Shown: positions 1-25,643 of the stretch, in pieces | Layout: every line of letters begins with the position of its first letter | How positions within the stretch are numbered: the first letter of the stretch is position 1 | NCBI GenBank assembly: GCA_013239625.1 | Contig: MU053629.1 | Span: forward strand, 2,445,567-2,509,566 | Direction of reading: 5' to 3' | Source of the DNA: Lama guanicoe | Lineage: Eukaryota | DNA: 64,000 bases | The notes under the pieces: model-generated | Database searches by the model: none | What the model saw: only the letters and a program-made list of their open reading frames with translations | Told to the model about the DNA's origin: nothing | Position numbers and translations under genes: made by a program

Positions 1-575
1 GGTGCTGTGTTCAAGCAAAGAGAGTCAGACAATGGACAGTGAATACAGTACACAAGTAGGCTGCGGAGTGTGTCAGGGGGTCAGTGCTTTGGGGAAACAG
101 GAGAAGCAGACTAGGATGAGGAGGACAGGCGCTGGGAGCTGCCGTTTTAAACAGTGCCGTCAGGGTGGGGCGCACCCACTGAATGAGAAGCCAACGTCTT
201 GAGCAAAGATGCAGGAGGGGAGCGGCTGGGTCATGCGGCTGCCTGGGCGCAGCCCGAGTGTGAGGACAGTCGCTGGGGCCTTGGCCTGAGCAGAGGGAGG
301 GGATGGATCTGGAGTCCCCGAGTTGGGACCAGCTTAGACAGGAGCATAGGAAATAGGGATTAAAAAAAAAATAGTAATGTGTCTGTCTCAAAGTGTAAGA
401 AAAGAGAGACTAGAAGCTGGCCCTTGAAAGCGCCCCTGATTTTCAGATTTTGGGTACAGTTCTCAGAGCAGGGTGGCGTTGGCCCAGTACACAGGGCTGT
501 AGCTCATCACAGGCTTGCTCTGTGACCCCTTGTGTCTCCCCTCTCTGGACCTCGGTGGGTTCCCAGGGCCTCTGA

Positions 576-13744
<13,169 letters not shown>

Positions 13745-14604
13745 CTAGAGGGGCTGGACCTGCAGGAGCATGGGACCTGAAAGCAGGGGCCACTGAAAAG
13801 AGGATCACCATGTAAGGGCTTTAAAAAAAAAAATCACTGTCAACAGACCTCCAGCTGCTTCCACTGGAACCCACAGTCATGCAGGACCAGCAGGCAGATG
13901 TTTGCTATCTTTGTCACAAGGATTGGTTCGGGGGCCTCTCTCAGGTTTTGCAGATAATCCCTTCCCACAACTCTCAGCTCACTTTAATCTCCAGCATCTC
14001 ATCAGAGCCCCACAGCAGTCCCCTGAGGTCAAGGGGTGTCTTTTCAGAGAGGACACTGGGGCTCAGGTGAGTGGCGTAAACAGCTAATCAGGTGTTGAGG
14101 TCAAGGGCCAAACCCAGTATTCCTGTCTCCCCGACCCAGCGAAGGGCTCCATCCGTTACTTACAAAGGGATCACCCTAAATTCAATCCCTGGCTTTTACA
14201 AATGCTATGCTTACTTCACAGCTGTTTCTACTCCCAAGCTTATTTATATACTTTGACAATTATAGGAGGCACGCACTCTTATTTCCCCCTCTTGTTTTAT
14301 AATTTTTTTAAAGTTGTAAACTTTTAATTTTGAAATCATCTCAGACTTACAAAAGAAGTTGCAGAAATAATACCAAGAATTTCCAAATACACTTCACTCA
14401 GCTTCCCCCAATATTAGCATCTTATATAAACAGGAAATTAACACTGATATGATACTATTCTTCTTTACATCTTATTCAAATTTTGCCAGTTGAGCCTTTG
14501 CTGTCCTTTTTCTGGACCAAGATCCGGTCTGGGATCACACGTTGCATTTGGTTGTCACTCTCCCTATTTTGGGTCCTGTGCAAAGGGTCACTTCCCTGGA
14601 GTAG

Positions 14605-14730
14605 CCCTGGCTTGATTGGGATGGAAATGTTCCAGATCTGTGCTATCCAAATGGCTGCCACCAGCCACCTGCGGCTCCCAGGCACTTGAAACGTGAGGTG
14701 TCCAGTGGGATGAACAACTGGTATTTTATA
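14605..14730. mobile_element. MER3-like hAT fragment in the putative ANKDD1A 3'UTR
   Basis: gatggaaatgttc..atctgtgctatccaaatggctgccaccagccac..gcacttgaaa. Confidence 0.6.
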
Positions 14731-14799
14731 CCACGTGGGACATAGATCACGTGGATGGATGAGTTTTGTATTTTTTTGAGAGAGAAAAGCAAGTTCTTA

Positions 14800-14805
14800 A
14801 ATAAA
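14800..14805 (+). terminator. Candidate ANKDD1A polyadenylation signal AATAAA
   Basis: First AATAAA I saw on + after the stop codon, about 1.05 kb downstream, followed by T/GT-rich sequence. Confidence 0.5.
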
Positions 14806-15477
14806 GTTGAAATGTTGAAATATATCTCGCAAATTCAATCCTCACTTTTGTTTGGAAGATTAGTGGCAAAATTTGAAACAAGCTGTTGTGGATTGTTTTT
14901 TTAAACAGAATTTACAAGATTGATTTACAAGGTTTCCATGAATGAATTCTTGTTGCCTGTTTGATCAACCTGTAACAACTTTTTAAAACTTTTCAATGTT
15001 TCTTAAAAACTTTAAAAAATATTTAGATCAGTAATTTTTTATTGAAGTATAGTTGACTTACCATACTGTGTTCATTTTAGGTGTATAGCATAGTGACTTT
15101 TTTTTTCTGATTATATTCCATTATAGATCATTACTAGATACTGAATACAATTCCTTGTGCTTTACAGTATATCATTGTTGCTTATCTATTTTATGTATAA
15201 TTTATATCTGTTAATCCCATACCCCTAATTTGTCCCTCCCACCTCTCCCTCTCCCCTTTGGTAACTGAACGTTTATTTTCTATGTCTGTGAATCTGTTTC
15301 TGTTTTGTATATAGATTCATTTATATTTTTTAGATTCATATGTAAGTGATAACATGTGGATAGTCTTTGTCTTTCTCTGACTTCACTAAATATAGTATTC
15401 TCCAGGTCTATCCATGTTGCTAAAAATGCCAATATTTCATTCTGTTTGGTTGAGTAATATGTATATATGTTTGTGTG

Positions 15478-15498
15478 TACACACACACACACACACAT
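15478..15498. repeat. (AC)n microsatellite; others at ~22669-22690 (GT)n and ~43846-43882 (CA)n; poly-A ~26845-26868; poly-T ~53908-53931
   Basis: Read directly from the sequence. Confidence 0.9.
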
Positions 15499-15799
15499 AC
15501 ATCCTAAGCCATTCATCTGTTGATAGACACTTAGACTATTCCCATGTCTTGGCTATTGTATATAGTGCTGTTATGAACATGGGGGTATATGTGTCTTTTT
15601 AAATTAGAGTTTTCATCTTTTCTGAATACTTACCCAGGAGTGGGATTGCTGGATCATAGATTAGCTCTATTTTTAGTTTTTTAAGGAACCTGCATACTGT
15701 TTTCCATAGTGTCTGCACCAATTTACATTTCCACCAACAGTGTACTAGGATTCCCTTTTCTCCACATCCTCTCCAACATTTGTTATTTGTAGACTTTTT

Positions 15800-15940
15800 T
15801 TAAAGAAAATTATTTGTTTATTTTAATTTTTACGGGGAGGTAATTATATTTATTCGGTTTTAGAGGAGGTACTGGGGATTGAACCCAGGACCTTATGTAT
15901 GCTAAGCCTGTGCTCTACCACTCAAGCTGTATCCTCCCCC
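15800..15940 (-). mobile_element. Vic-1-like SINE inserted in L1, perfect 16-bp TSD
   Basis: TSD tatttgtagacttttt at 15784-15799 and 15941-15956. Confidence 0.9.
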
Positions 15941-16663
15941 TATTTGTAGACTTTTTGATGCTAAGTATTATAACAGGTGTGAGGTGATACCTCATTGTGG
16001 TTCTGATTGACATTTCTTTAATAGTTATACTGAGCATCTTTTCATGTGCCTGTTGGTCATCTGTATGTCTTGCTGGGAAAAATGTCTATTTAGATCTTCT
16101 GCCCATTTTTTGATTCGGTTGTTTTTTGATACTGAGTTGTATGAGCTGTTTGTATATTTTGGATATCTGCCCCCTGTTTGTCACATCATTTGTAAACATT
16201 TTATCCCATTCTGTAGGTTGTCTTTTCATTTTGTTGATGGTTTCATTTGCTGTGCAAAAACTTTTAAGTTTGATTAGGTCCCATTTGTTTATTTTTCCTT
16301 TTATTTCTTTTGCCTTGGGGAGACTGATCTAAGGAAAAATTGCTACCGTTTATGTCAAACAGTGTTTTGCTCATGTTCTTTTCTAGGAATTTTCTGGTGT
16401 TATGTCTTATATTTAGGTCTTTCAACCATTTTGAGTTTATTTTTGTATATGATGGAAGGGAGTTTTCTAATTTCATTGATTAACATGTAGCTGTCCAGCT
16501 TTCCCAGTACCACTTGTTGAAGAGATTGTCTTTTCTCCTTTGTATATTCTTTCCTCCTTTATCATAGGTTAGTTGACCATAGGCACGTGGGTTTATTTCT
16601 GGGCTTGCTATTCTGTTCCATTTATCTGTATGTCTATTTTTGTGTCAATACCATCTTGTTTTT

Positions 16664-18520
16664 GTTTGTTTTTTTTCTCAGTATCTTGGTCTGAATTTAT
16701 TTTTCTTGGGTTAGAGATTTTTAAAAATTGAAATATAGTCAGTTACAATGTGTCAATTTCTGGTGTACAGCACAATGTCCCAGTCATCCATATACATATA
16801 TATATTCATTTTCATATTCTTTTTCATTATAGGTTATTACAAGATACTGAATATAGTTCCCTGTGCTATACAGAAGAAATCTGTCTTTTTGTCTATTTTT
16901 ATATATAGTGGCCAACATTTGCAAATCTCAAACTCCCAAGTTTATCCCTTCCCACCCTCTTCCCCCTGTAACCATAAGAATGTTTACTGTCTCTGTGAAT
17001 CTTTCTGTTTTGTAGATGAGTTCATAGTGTCCTTTTTTTTTTTTTTTTAGATTCCACATATGAGTGATGTCATATGGTATTTTTCTTTCTCCTTGTAGCT
17101 TTACTTAGAATGATGATCTCCAGGTCCATCCATGTTGCTGCAAATGGCATTATTTTATTTTATTGTGGCTGTGTAGTATTCCATTGTATAAATATACCAC
17201 AATTTATTCAGTCATCTGTCGATGGACATTTAGGTTGCTTCTATACTGTGGCTATTTTAAGTAATGCTGCTATGAATATTGGGATGTGTGTGTCTTTTTG
17301 AATTAAGGTTCCCTCTGTATATATGCCCAGGAATGAAATTGCTGGATCATATGGTAAGTCTAGATTTTTGAGGAATCTGCCTACTGTTTTCCATAATGGC
17401 TACACCAAACTGCATTCCCACCAGCAGTGTAGGGGGTTCCCTTTTCTCCACAGCCTCTCTAGCATTTATCATTTAGGGACTTTTGAATGATGGCCATTCT
17501 AACTGGTGTGAGGTGATACCTCATTGTAGTTTTTGATTTGCATTTCTCTGATAATCAGTGATATTTAGCATTTTTTTCATGTGCCTGTTGGCCATTTGTA
17601 TGTCTTCATTGGAAAATTGCTTATTTAGGTCTTCTGCCCATTTTTGGATTGGGTTGTTTGGTTTTTTTTGTTATGAAGTTGTATGAGCTGTTTCTATATT
17701 CTGGAATTTAAGCCCTTGTAAGTATCATCTTTTGCAAATATTTTCTCCCATTCTGTAGGTTGTCATTTTGTTTGCTTATGGTTTCCTTTGCTGTGCAAAA
17801 GCTTATAAGGTTAATTAGGTCCCATTTGTTTATTTTTGCTTTTATTTCAATTGCCTGGCTATACAGTCCTAGGAGAACATCACTAAGATTGATGTCAGCT
17901 AATGTTTTGCCTATGTTTTCTTCTAAGAGGGTTATAGTGTCTTGTCTTATGTTTAAGTCTTTAAGCCGTTTTGAGTTTATTTTTGTGTATGGTGTGAGGG
18001 AGTATACTAACTTCATTGATTTACATGCAGCTGTCCAGTTATCCCAACACCACTTGCTAAAGAGACTGTCTTTTTCTCCATTGTATATTCTTGCCCCTTT
18101 TTGTCAAAGATTAATTGACCATAGTTCTTTGGGTTTATTTCTGGGCTCTCTATTTGTTCCATTGACCTGTATGTTTGTTTTTGTGCCAGTTCCATGCTGT
18201 TTTGATTACTGTAGCTCTGTAGTATTGTCTGATGTCTTGGAGGGTTATTCCTCCAGCTTCATTCTTTTTTTCCCCCTCAGCATTGCTCTGGCAATTCTGG
18301 ATCTTTTCTGATTCCATATAAATTTTAGGCTTGTTGTAGTTCTGTGAAAAATGCCATGGGTATCTTGATAGGGATCGCATTAAATCTGTAGATTGCTTTG
18401 GGTAGTATGGCCATTTTAACAATATTCTTTCAATCTAAGAGCATTGGATATCTTTCCATTTCTTTAAATCAGTGTTTTGTAGTTTCTCTGCATATAAGTC
18501 TTTCACCAACTTGGTCAGAT
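16664..18520 (-). mobile_element. Second LINE-1 3'UTR plus ORF2 C-terminal region
   Basis: Peptides [41 protein letters not shown]. Confidence 0.92.
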
Positions 18521-21500
18521 CTCTGTTGCCTTATTGATTTTCTGTCCATTGATGTTAGTGGGGTGTTAAGAGTCTCCTACTATTATTGCCTTAATTTCTT
18601 CCTTTGTGTCAGTATTTGCTTTATATATTTAGGTGCTCCTATATTAGGTATGGCTTATATGTTCACAAATGTAATATCCTCTTCTTGTACTGATCCCTTT
18701 ATTGTTATATAATCCCCTTCTTTGTCTTTCTTTCTGGTCTTTGTTCTAAAGTCTATTTTGTCTGATATGAGTATTTCTGCCACTGCTTTCTTATTTTCAT
18801 TTGCATGAAATACCTTTTTCCATCCCCTCACTTTGGTTCTGTGTATGTCTCTCATCCTGAAGTGAGTCTCCTATAGGCAGCATTTTGCAGGTTCTTGTTT
18901 TGTTATCCAATCTGCCACTATACCTTCCGATCAGAACAGTAGTCCATTGACATTTAAAGTAATTATTGATAAGTATGTACTTAGTGCCATTTTAATCCTT
19001 GTTTTTCAGTTTTATACTTATTTGATCATGTTTTTTTGTTTTTGTGGTTTGATGATTTTCTTTTTTGTATGTTTGAATTCCTTTCTTTTTGTCTCTTGTG
19101 ACTCTGTTGTATATTTTTGATTTGTGGTTACCATGGAGTTCAAGTATGTTGGCTCATAACTAAATCTTCTTGCTTTAAACTGATAGTCATTCAAGTTCAA
19201 AGACATTCTAAAAGATCTACATTTTTTTTTTCACTATCCTCCTCTACATTTTGTAATTTTGGATGTCCTGTTTTATATCTTCCTGCTTATCCTTTTACCA
19301 TTTATAGTAGTTAAAATCACTTTTACAATTTTTTAAACTGTTTTTAATCTGTGTACTGGCTTATTTATGCAATCTTCAATCCTTTTATATATTTGCCATT
19401 CCTATTGTGATTTTTCCCTTTCCTATAGATTTTTGCTTTTCTATTTAGAGAAGACCCTTCAGTGTTTCTTTTAGGGTGTTGCTGAAGTCTTTCAGTTTTT
19501 GCTTGTCTGAGAAATTCTTTTTTTGTTTTTGTTTTTGTTTTGGTGGGGGGAGGTATTTAGGTTTATTCATTGATTTTATTCTTAGATAAGTACTAGGAAT
19601 TGAACCCAGGACCTCATGCATGCCAAGCATGTGCTCTACCACTTGAGCTATACCCTCCCTCCTAGTCTGAGACATTCTTTATCTCTCCTTCCATTCTAAA
19701 TCATAATCTTGCGGGCTGGACTATCCTAGGTGACAGGTTTTTCCCTTTTAGTACTTTGACTGTATCATACCACTCCCTTCTGGCCCACAAAGTTTCTGCA
19801 GAGACATCAGCTAATAGCCTTATGGAGGGGTCTCTTGGCAAGTGACTTTTCGTTTTCTCTTGCTGCCTTTAGAATCCTCTATCTTTCACTTTTGCCATTT
19901 TAATTTTGTCTTGATGTGGGTTTGTTTGGGTTCATCTTGTTTGGGACCTTCTGTGCTTCCTGTACCTCCATGTCTGTTTCCTTCTTTAGGTTTGAGAAGT
20001 TTTCAGCCATAATTTCTTCAAGTGCATTTTCAGTCCTCTTCTCTCTTAATGTTCTGGAGCCCCTATATGCATAGGTTGGTGGCATATATTATATTGTCCC
20101 ATAGATCTTGTATATTGCTTTCATTTTTTTTCCCACTTGTCTTTTTGTCTGCTGTCCTGATTGGGTGATTTCCATTACTGTATCTTCCAAGTCACTTATT
20201 CATTCTTCTGTGTCATTTAGTTGGCTATTCATTGCTTCTAGATTGGTTTTTATCTCAGCAATTGAATTGTCTATTTTTGATTATTTCATCTTTACAGTTT
20301 TTAGTTCTTACAGTGATCTGCATTTCTATCAACAATCTTAATTCAATTACCATTTTTATTATGACCTTTTTTCAGTTTTATTAGGTAGAATTGTTTGACT
20401 GCACATATACAATATATTGCATGTAAATATATATACAGTATACTGCACATTTTTTTGGTTTACATATACGTACTGACCATGGTTTCTAAGAACAGTTTAG
20501 AGCTTTAGCTTTTTAAACTTAAGTAATTATCAAAGGAATAAAGCCAACCACACAATAAGAATGAACAGAATTCATATTACCAAGTTTTGGAATTCCACGT
20601 CTAGTAGACGGGTGAGCTCTGTTTCATTATTTATTCTTTCAGGGAATTTCTCTTGCCCTTTTAATGAGGAGTAGTTCCTCTGCCTTTCCATTTTACTTAA
20701 CGTTCTCTGTCTCTATGAATTTAGGAGAAATAGTTGTCTGTTGTGGTCTTAAAGGGGTGTTTTTATGTGGGAGCATCCCTGTGCAGACCGTGTGTCTGAT
20801 ATTTTTGATGTGAGGACTGATGTAGGCATGGATGACAGCCAGACCTTTCCTCAGGGAGTGCTGCCCATTATAGGAGGTGTGGTTCTTGATAGAAGGTGTG
20901 GTTGGTGTTAGTGTCTAGAGCCTTGCAGGGTGTGAGGAAGGGCTTTCTCTCTGCTCCATGGCTGTCACAGTCCGGTTAAGGATGGGGTCTGCTCCTCAGT
21001 TGTTGGAGTAGAAGCACTGAGGATCGGGTTCAACCATGCTCTGTTGCCCTTGGCCACATGTCCTGCTGCAAATAGGGTGATTATTGGAACAAACGAGGCC
21101 CTTGGGATCACAGAGGAGTTACTTGTGAATCACCTGTGTATGCACGCACATTTCTGCTCAGAAGCAGCCCAAGGTCGTTTCCCTTCCTCTGTCGTGTTCA
21201 TCTCAGATCTAGTGCAAGGCTATGATGTAGAGTAGGCTGGGGCTGGGTGTTGGGGTGTGTGGCTGCGGGAACTGAGGTGGTTCTGCTGCCTCCAGAGATC
21301 TGGGCTGCCTCTCTGGCAGTCTTCTCCCAGCACTTGTCTGTCCCAGATCTAGGGCTAAGCTGCCGTGTGGAGTGGGCAGAGCTGGGGCGCTCTTGTAGGG
21401 AGATGAACCACTGCTTACTTCTGGGTACACTGACAATGACCATCGCTGCCCAACCCGGACCACACCCCAGGTCTTCTGGGGTGTGTCTGCATAGCTAAAT

Positions 21501-22190
21501 AAAGTCCTCTCCCAGGGCCTGTCTGCCTGAGATTCAGCGCTTAGCTGTGGCTGTGCTCTTGTGGTGCGGGTGTGCACATGCTGACAGTGGCCACCCTGCC
21601 TCCACTGAATTACACACCGGGTGCCCTGGTCTGCCTTAGTGTAGCTAGACCAGGCCTTTTCTCAGGGCTCAGCCCAGGCTGTGCTGTGTAGTGAGTGGGG
21701 CCAATGTGTTCCCCTCTTTGGATTGGGAAGTGCGGTGCAGTGGCAGCCACCAGCACAAGGCTCTCTTCACCCTTACTGTTAGCAAGGCATCATGTGTGCA
21801 CTCCTTGAGAGAGGATCTAGGCTTCTCCAGACCTTCTGTTTATCCCAGTGAAATCCTGGCAGGCAAGGGGGCTTGTCTCCTCCATGCAGGACCCCAGAGC
21901 TGGGATGCCCAGATTGCGGCTCAACCTGCTTGCTCCCCAGGGTGAGAGTCTGCCCGTTCAGACCTTCTCTTCCTTACAGATCCTTCTAGGGGCACAGGTC
22001 CAAACTTGATGACTTTCCCCCCCAATCCTATCTGGTTATATGGAAATCTTTCTTGCAGCTTTGGTTGTATAGGAGCTCTTCTGCCAATTTCCAGTTGTTT
22101 TTCCAAGAGAATTGTCCCACCTGTAGATGTATGTTTGATGTGTGTGTTGGAGATGAACTCCACATCCTCTGACTCTGCCTACTTTATCCC
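18521..22190 (-). mobile_element. LINE-1 endonuclease region, ORF1 and 5'UTR (degenerate)
   Basis: Peptides GWKKVFHAN..AVAEILISDKIDF..GDYITIKGSV (EN) and EEIMAENFSNL..VQEAQKVP (ORF1); GC-richer 5'UTR ending near 22190. Confidence 0.85.
19521..19662 (-). mobile_element. Vic-1-like SINE inserted in L1 ORF1 region
   Basis: TSD gtctgaga(a/c)attcttt at 19505-19520 and 19665-19680. Confidence 0.9.
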
Positions 22191-22244
22191 CCTTTCTGTC
22201 TGAGGAGGATGGTGGAGGCACTGGCACGGTGGAGCTGAGCTAAC

Positions 22245-22830
22245 TTTATTTTTATTGAGGTATAGCTGATGTACAGTATTATATACCTTTCAGTTGTACA
22301 ACATAGTGATTCAGTTTTTAAAAGTTATATTCCATTTATAGTTATTATAAACTGTTCGTTATATTCCACGTTGTACAATATATCTTTGTAGCTTATTTAT
22401 TTTATAGATAATAGTTTGTACTTGTTAATTCCCTACCTCTGTCTTGTCCCTCCACCCCCATCCCCACTAAGAACTGCTGGTTTGTTCTTTATATCTGAAG
22501 TCTTTTTTGTTATATTCACAAGTTTATTTTTTAGATTCCACGTTAGTGATAATGTACGGTATTTGTCTTTATCTGTCTTACTTATTACACTTACCATAAT
22601 ACTCTCCAGATCTGTCCACATTGTTGCAAAGGGCATCATTTCACTTTTTAAGGTTGCATAATATTCCCGTGTGTGTGTGTGTGTGTGTGTACGTGTGTAT
22701 ACACACCATGTCTTCATCCATGTGTTGATGGGCACCTAGGTTGCTTCCATATCTTGGCAATTGTAAATAATGCTGCTATGAACATCACAGTGCATGTATT
22801 TTTTTGAATTAGTGTTTTTGATTTTGTTTT
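22245..22830 (-). mobile_element. LINE-1 3'-end fragment containing (GT)n
   Basis: tttattgag tail; peptide MPFATMWTDLESIMVS. Confidence 0.85.
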
Positions 22831-22859
22831 GTGTGTATGTGTGTGTGTTTAAACAGATA

Positions 22860-24510
22860 GACTTTATTTATTTATTTTTTTTGGCTTTTGGTCTTTTTAA
22901 AAAGCATTTTTATTGAAGTGTAGTTGATCTGTAGTGTTCCAGGTGTACAGCAAAGTAATTCAGTTATACATATACATACGTATATACATCTTTTTTTAAA
23001 TTCTTTTGTTATTACAAGAAATTGAATATAGTTTTCTGTGCTATACAGTAGGTCCTTGTAGGTCCTTGTTTATCTATTTTATATATAGTGATGTGTGTTT
23101 GTTAATCCCCAGCTCCTAATTTATCCCTCCTTGCCCTTTCCCCTTTGGTAACCAGTTTGTTTTCTATGTCTGTGAGTGTTTTTGGTTTGTAAATAGAATT
23201 TGTATCATTTTGTTTAGATTCCACATAAGTGATATCATGGTATTTGTCTTTCTCAGTCTGCCTTACTTCATTTAATATAATCTGAGTCCATCCCTGTGCA
23301 GAGGCTGCTGACTGCTGGTTGGTGGGACTGGGTCACAAGGTGGCTGATTGTGGAACTCCGGGGGACTCTGGGGGGCCCCGAGGGTTAGTGCTAGCTCACT
23401 GGTGAGAGTCAGGGTCCAGGAGGCTCTGGGGCTGTTGCCTACCCACTGGTGGGTAAAGCCAGCTCCTGGGGCTAGTGCTGGCCTACAGGCAGGCAGAGCT
23501 AGGTCCTGGAATCTGGTCATGGGGCCCAGGAGTCCCTGAGCTGGTTGCTGTCCTATTGCTGGTGGGTTGGACCTATTCCCAGTATAGTTGGTTGCAGGGT
23601 CCTGGGCATCCTGAAGTTTGTGTTGGCCTGCTAGTGCATGGGTCCAGGGCCCAGCGGGTCTCAGTGCAGGATCTGGACCGCTGTTGGGAATCTGGGTCCA
23701 CAGCTGTGGAACTGCTATTTTTTTTTCCAGTGCTGTTGGTGTCTGCCCCCTCTGGGATCAGGTCGGTCCGGAAGCTAGAGCAAGCACCCTGGCTGTGGGC
23801 TCAGGGTATCGTAAGGCAGCCTGTCTGCTGGTGGGTGGGGCTGTGTCCCTGCCTAGTTAGTTGCCTGGCCCGAGGCGTCCCAGCACTGGCATCTACAGGC
23901 TGTTGGCCCAGGGTCTGCCTGGGTCCTGGAGCTAATAAGCTGGAAGGAGGATTCCACAGTGGCGCTGGGTAGCCCATGTCCACATGGTAGCACAGGCTCC
24001 CCAGCATGCTGCCACCAGTGTCCGTGTGTCCAGATGAGCTGCAGTAGCCGCCTGCCTCTCTAGGAGACCGAGAGCAGCAGGTAGGTCTGACCCAGGCGCC
24101 TGTCAGAGGACTGCTTCTGCCCCGAGGCCTGGAGCGTGTGAAATTTTTGTGTGCACTATTTAGGAGTGAAATGTCTATTTCCACCAGCCCTTTGGGACTC
24201 CCAAAAGTAAGCCCCGCTGGGCTTTCAAAGTCAGATACTCTGGGTGCAGGACCCTTGGGCTGGGGAGCCTGATGTGGGGCTCAGACCTCCCCACCCCCAC
24301 TCCCTAGGGAGGATCTGTTGCAATTGTAGTTCTCTGGTTTGTGGGTCTGCCACCTGCGGGTATGGGACTGGACTATATTGCGACTCCACCCCTCCTACGC
24401 GTCTTGCTGTGGTTCCTTATTTGTATCTTTAGTCACAGAAGATCTTTTCTGGTAGGTTCTGTGTTTCTTTTTTCATCAATGGATGTTCTGCAACAGAGTT
24501 GATTTTAAGT
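22860..24510 (-). mobile_element. LINE-1 3'UTR (22860-23293) joined directly to an L1 5'UTR-like segment (23294-24510)
   Basis: Typical L1 tail, then a GC-rich segment ending in L1M-type 5'-end motifs (agaagatcttttctggtaggttc). Confidence 0.7.
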
Positions 24511-24969
24511 GTGATAATGGCATTATTTTAGCTCTGGGAGGTACATGTAGAAATATTTAAAGATAATATAAGGTATCAGAAGTTGCTTTAAAGTATTCCG
24601 GTGATGGAAGTATGTGTGGAAAAAGTGAGGATGAGCTAAGAGATGATACAACACTGCCCATGAGTTGATCATTTTTGAAGCTGTGTGATGGGGATGTAGT
24701 TCATTATACTCTCTTCTCTACTTTATGTTTAAAATTTTCCACCGAGGGGAAAAAAGAAGGTATGAAAAGTACATGGTGTGTAGGTGACAGTAACTGTCAT
24801 TTATTAAGCTGCTAACAATGAGCAAACTGCACTTTAGAGAGATGAAGTAACTTACCTAAAGTCACACAGAAGTGGCAGACCCTCCAGTCTGCTTCTCGGA
24901 AAGTCCTGCGTGTACGAAGCCCAGTTGGCAGCTACAATAATCACAAGAGCCACCCACTGAAATTGAATT

Positions 24970-24975
24970 TTTATT
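24970..24975 (-). terminator. Candidate SPG21 polyadenylation signal AATAAA
   Basis: tttatt on +, about 550 nt downstream of the SPG21 stop codon. Confidence 0.6.
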
Positions 24976-25526
24976 CCAAAGACTGTAATGGGTAGAAAGA
25001 CCACAGCCAAAACGGAAAACAACGAGCTTAACTGGAAATTAGTAGTAGTTGATTTGCAGGAGAGCCAACAATAGGTGACAGCCTTGGCACTCTGATAACG
25101 CTTATAACCAAGAGGAGCATAAAAATAACCAGTGTCCTTCTGACACACGGTGTGGATATGCAACATTTACAGCAAGTGACAAAAAGGAAGAAAAAGGAAA
25201 GAAAAAACCCCCCACAAATCCCGAACTTCCAAAATTAACGTTAACTTAAGAACATAGTAGTGAAGACTTTTGGTAGCAAAATTTTCACAAGTCTTAAAAT
25301 GAGTGTCTTCAAAAGTACTTCTTTAAATTCAAAAGCTAAAAAAACCAAAGAGGGAATAGTTACACGGGCTTAGAAGAGCTGCCGCCTGTCACAAAGTCGA
25401 CACTCGGTCCTCGTTCCAAACACAGTGATAAGCGGTGGACCTGACGAACGGAGAGGCCGACGGGCGGGCACGGATGTCACTGTGCGGACTCGCTGGGTCA
25501 CTCACCACTGACAGCCGACGCCCCGG

Positions 25527-25643
25527 CTACTGCTCCTCCTGACTGATGCCGAAGTTGCCTTTCTGCACCTCGAGCTCCTCGGCACTGACCATCGACGGGT
25601 CAATGGCTGCATACTTGGTTCCGTGGAATTGCAGCAGGTGTAT
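25527..25643 (-). CDS. SPG21: SPG21 exon 9 coding part ([11 protein letters not shown]...GISQEEQ*)
   Basis: ctgcag|ATA ... CAG TAG. Confidence 0.96.
   Translation of the reverse strand: MHLLQFHGTKYAAIDPSMVSAEELEVQKGNFGISQEEQ

Larger units (their letters stand above)
15035..16663 (-). mobile_element. LINE-1 3'UTR plus ORF2 C-terminal fragment
   Basis: Poly-T/tttattga tail; ORF-track peptides match L1 ORF2 (YTKINSKWLKDLN; ATWIDLENTIFSEV). Confidence 0.9.

Noticed and set aside
16044..24432. Many ORFs within the L1 cluster as novel genes or an active L1
   Set aside because: They are frameshifted L1 ORF1/ORF2 remnants or their antisense. The RT core is missing, so no autonomous element is present.
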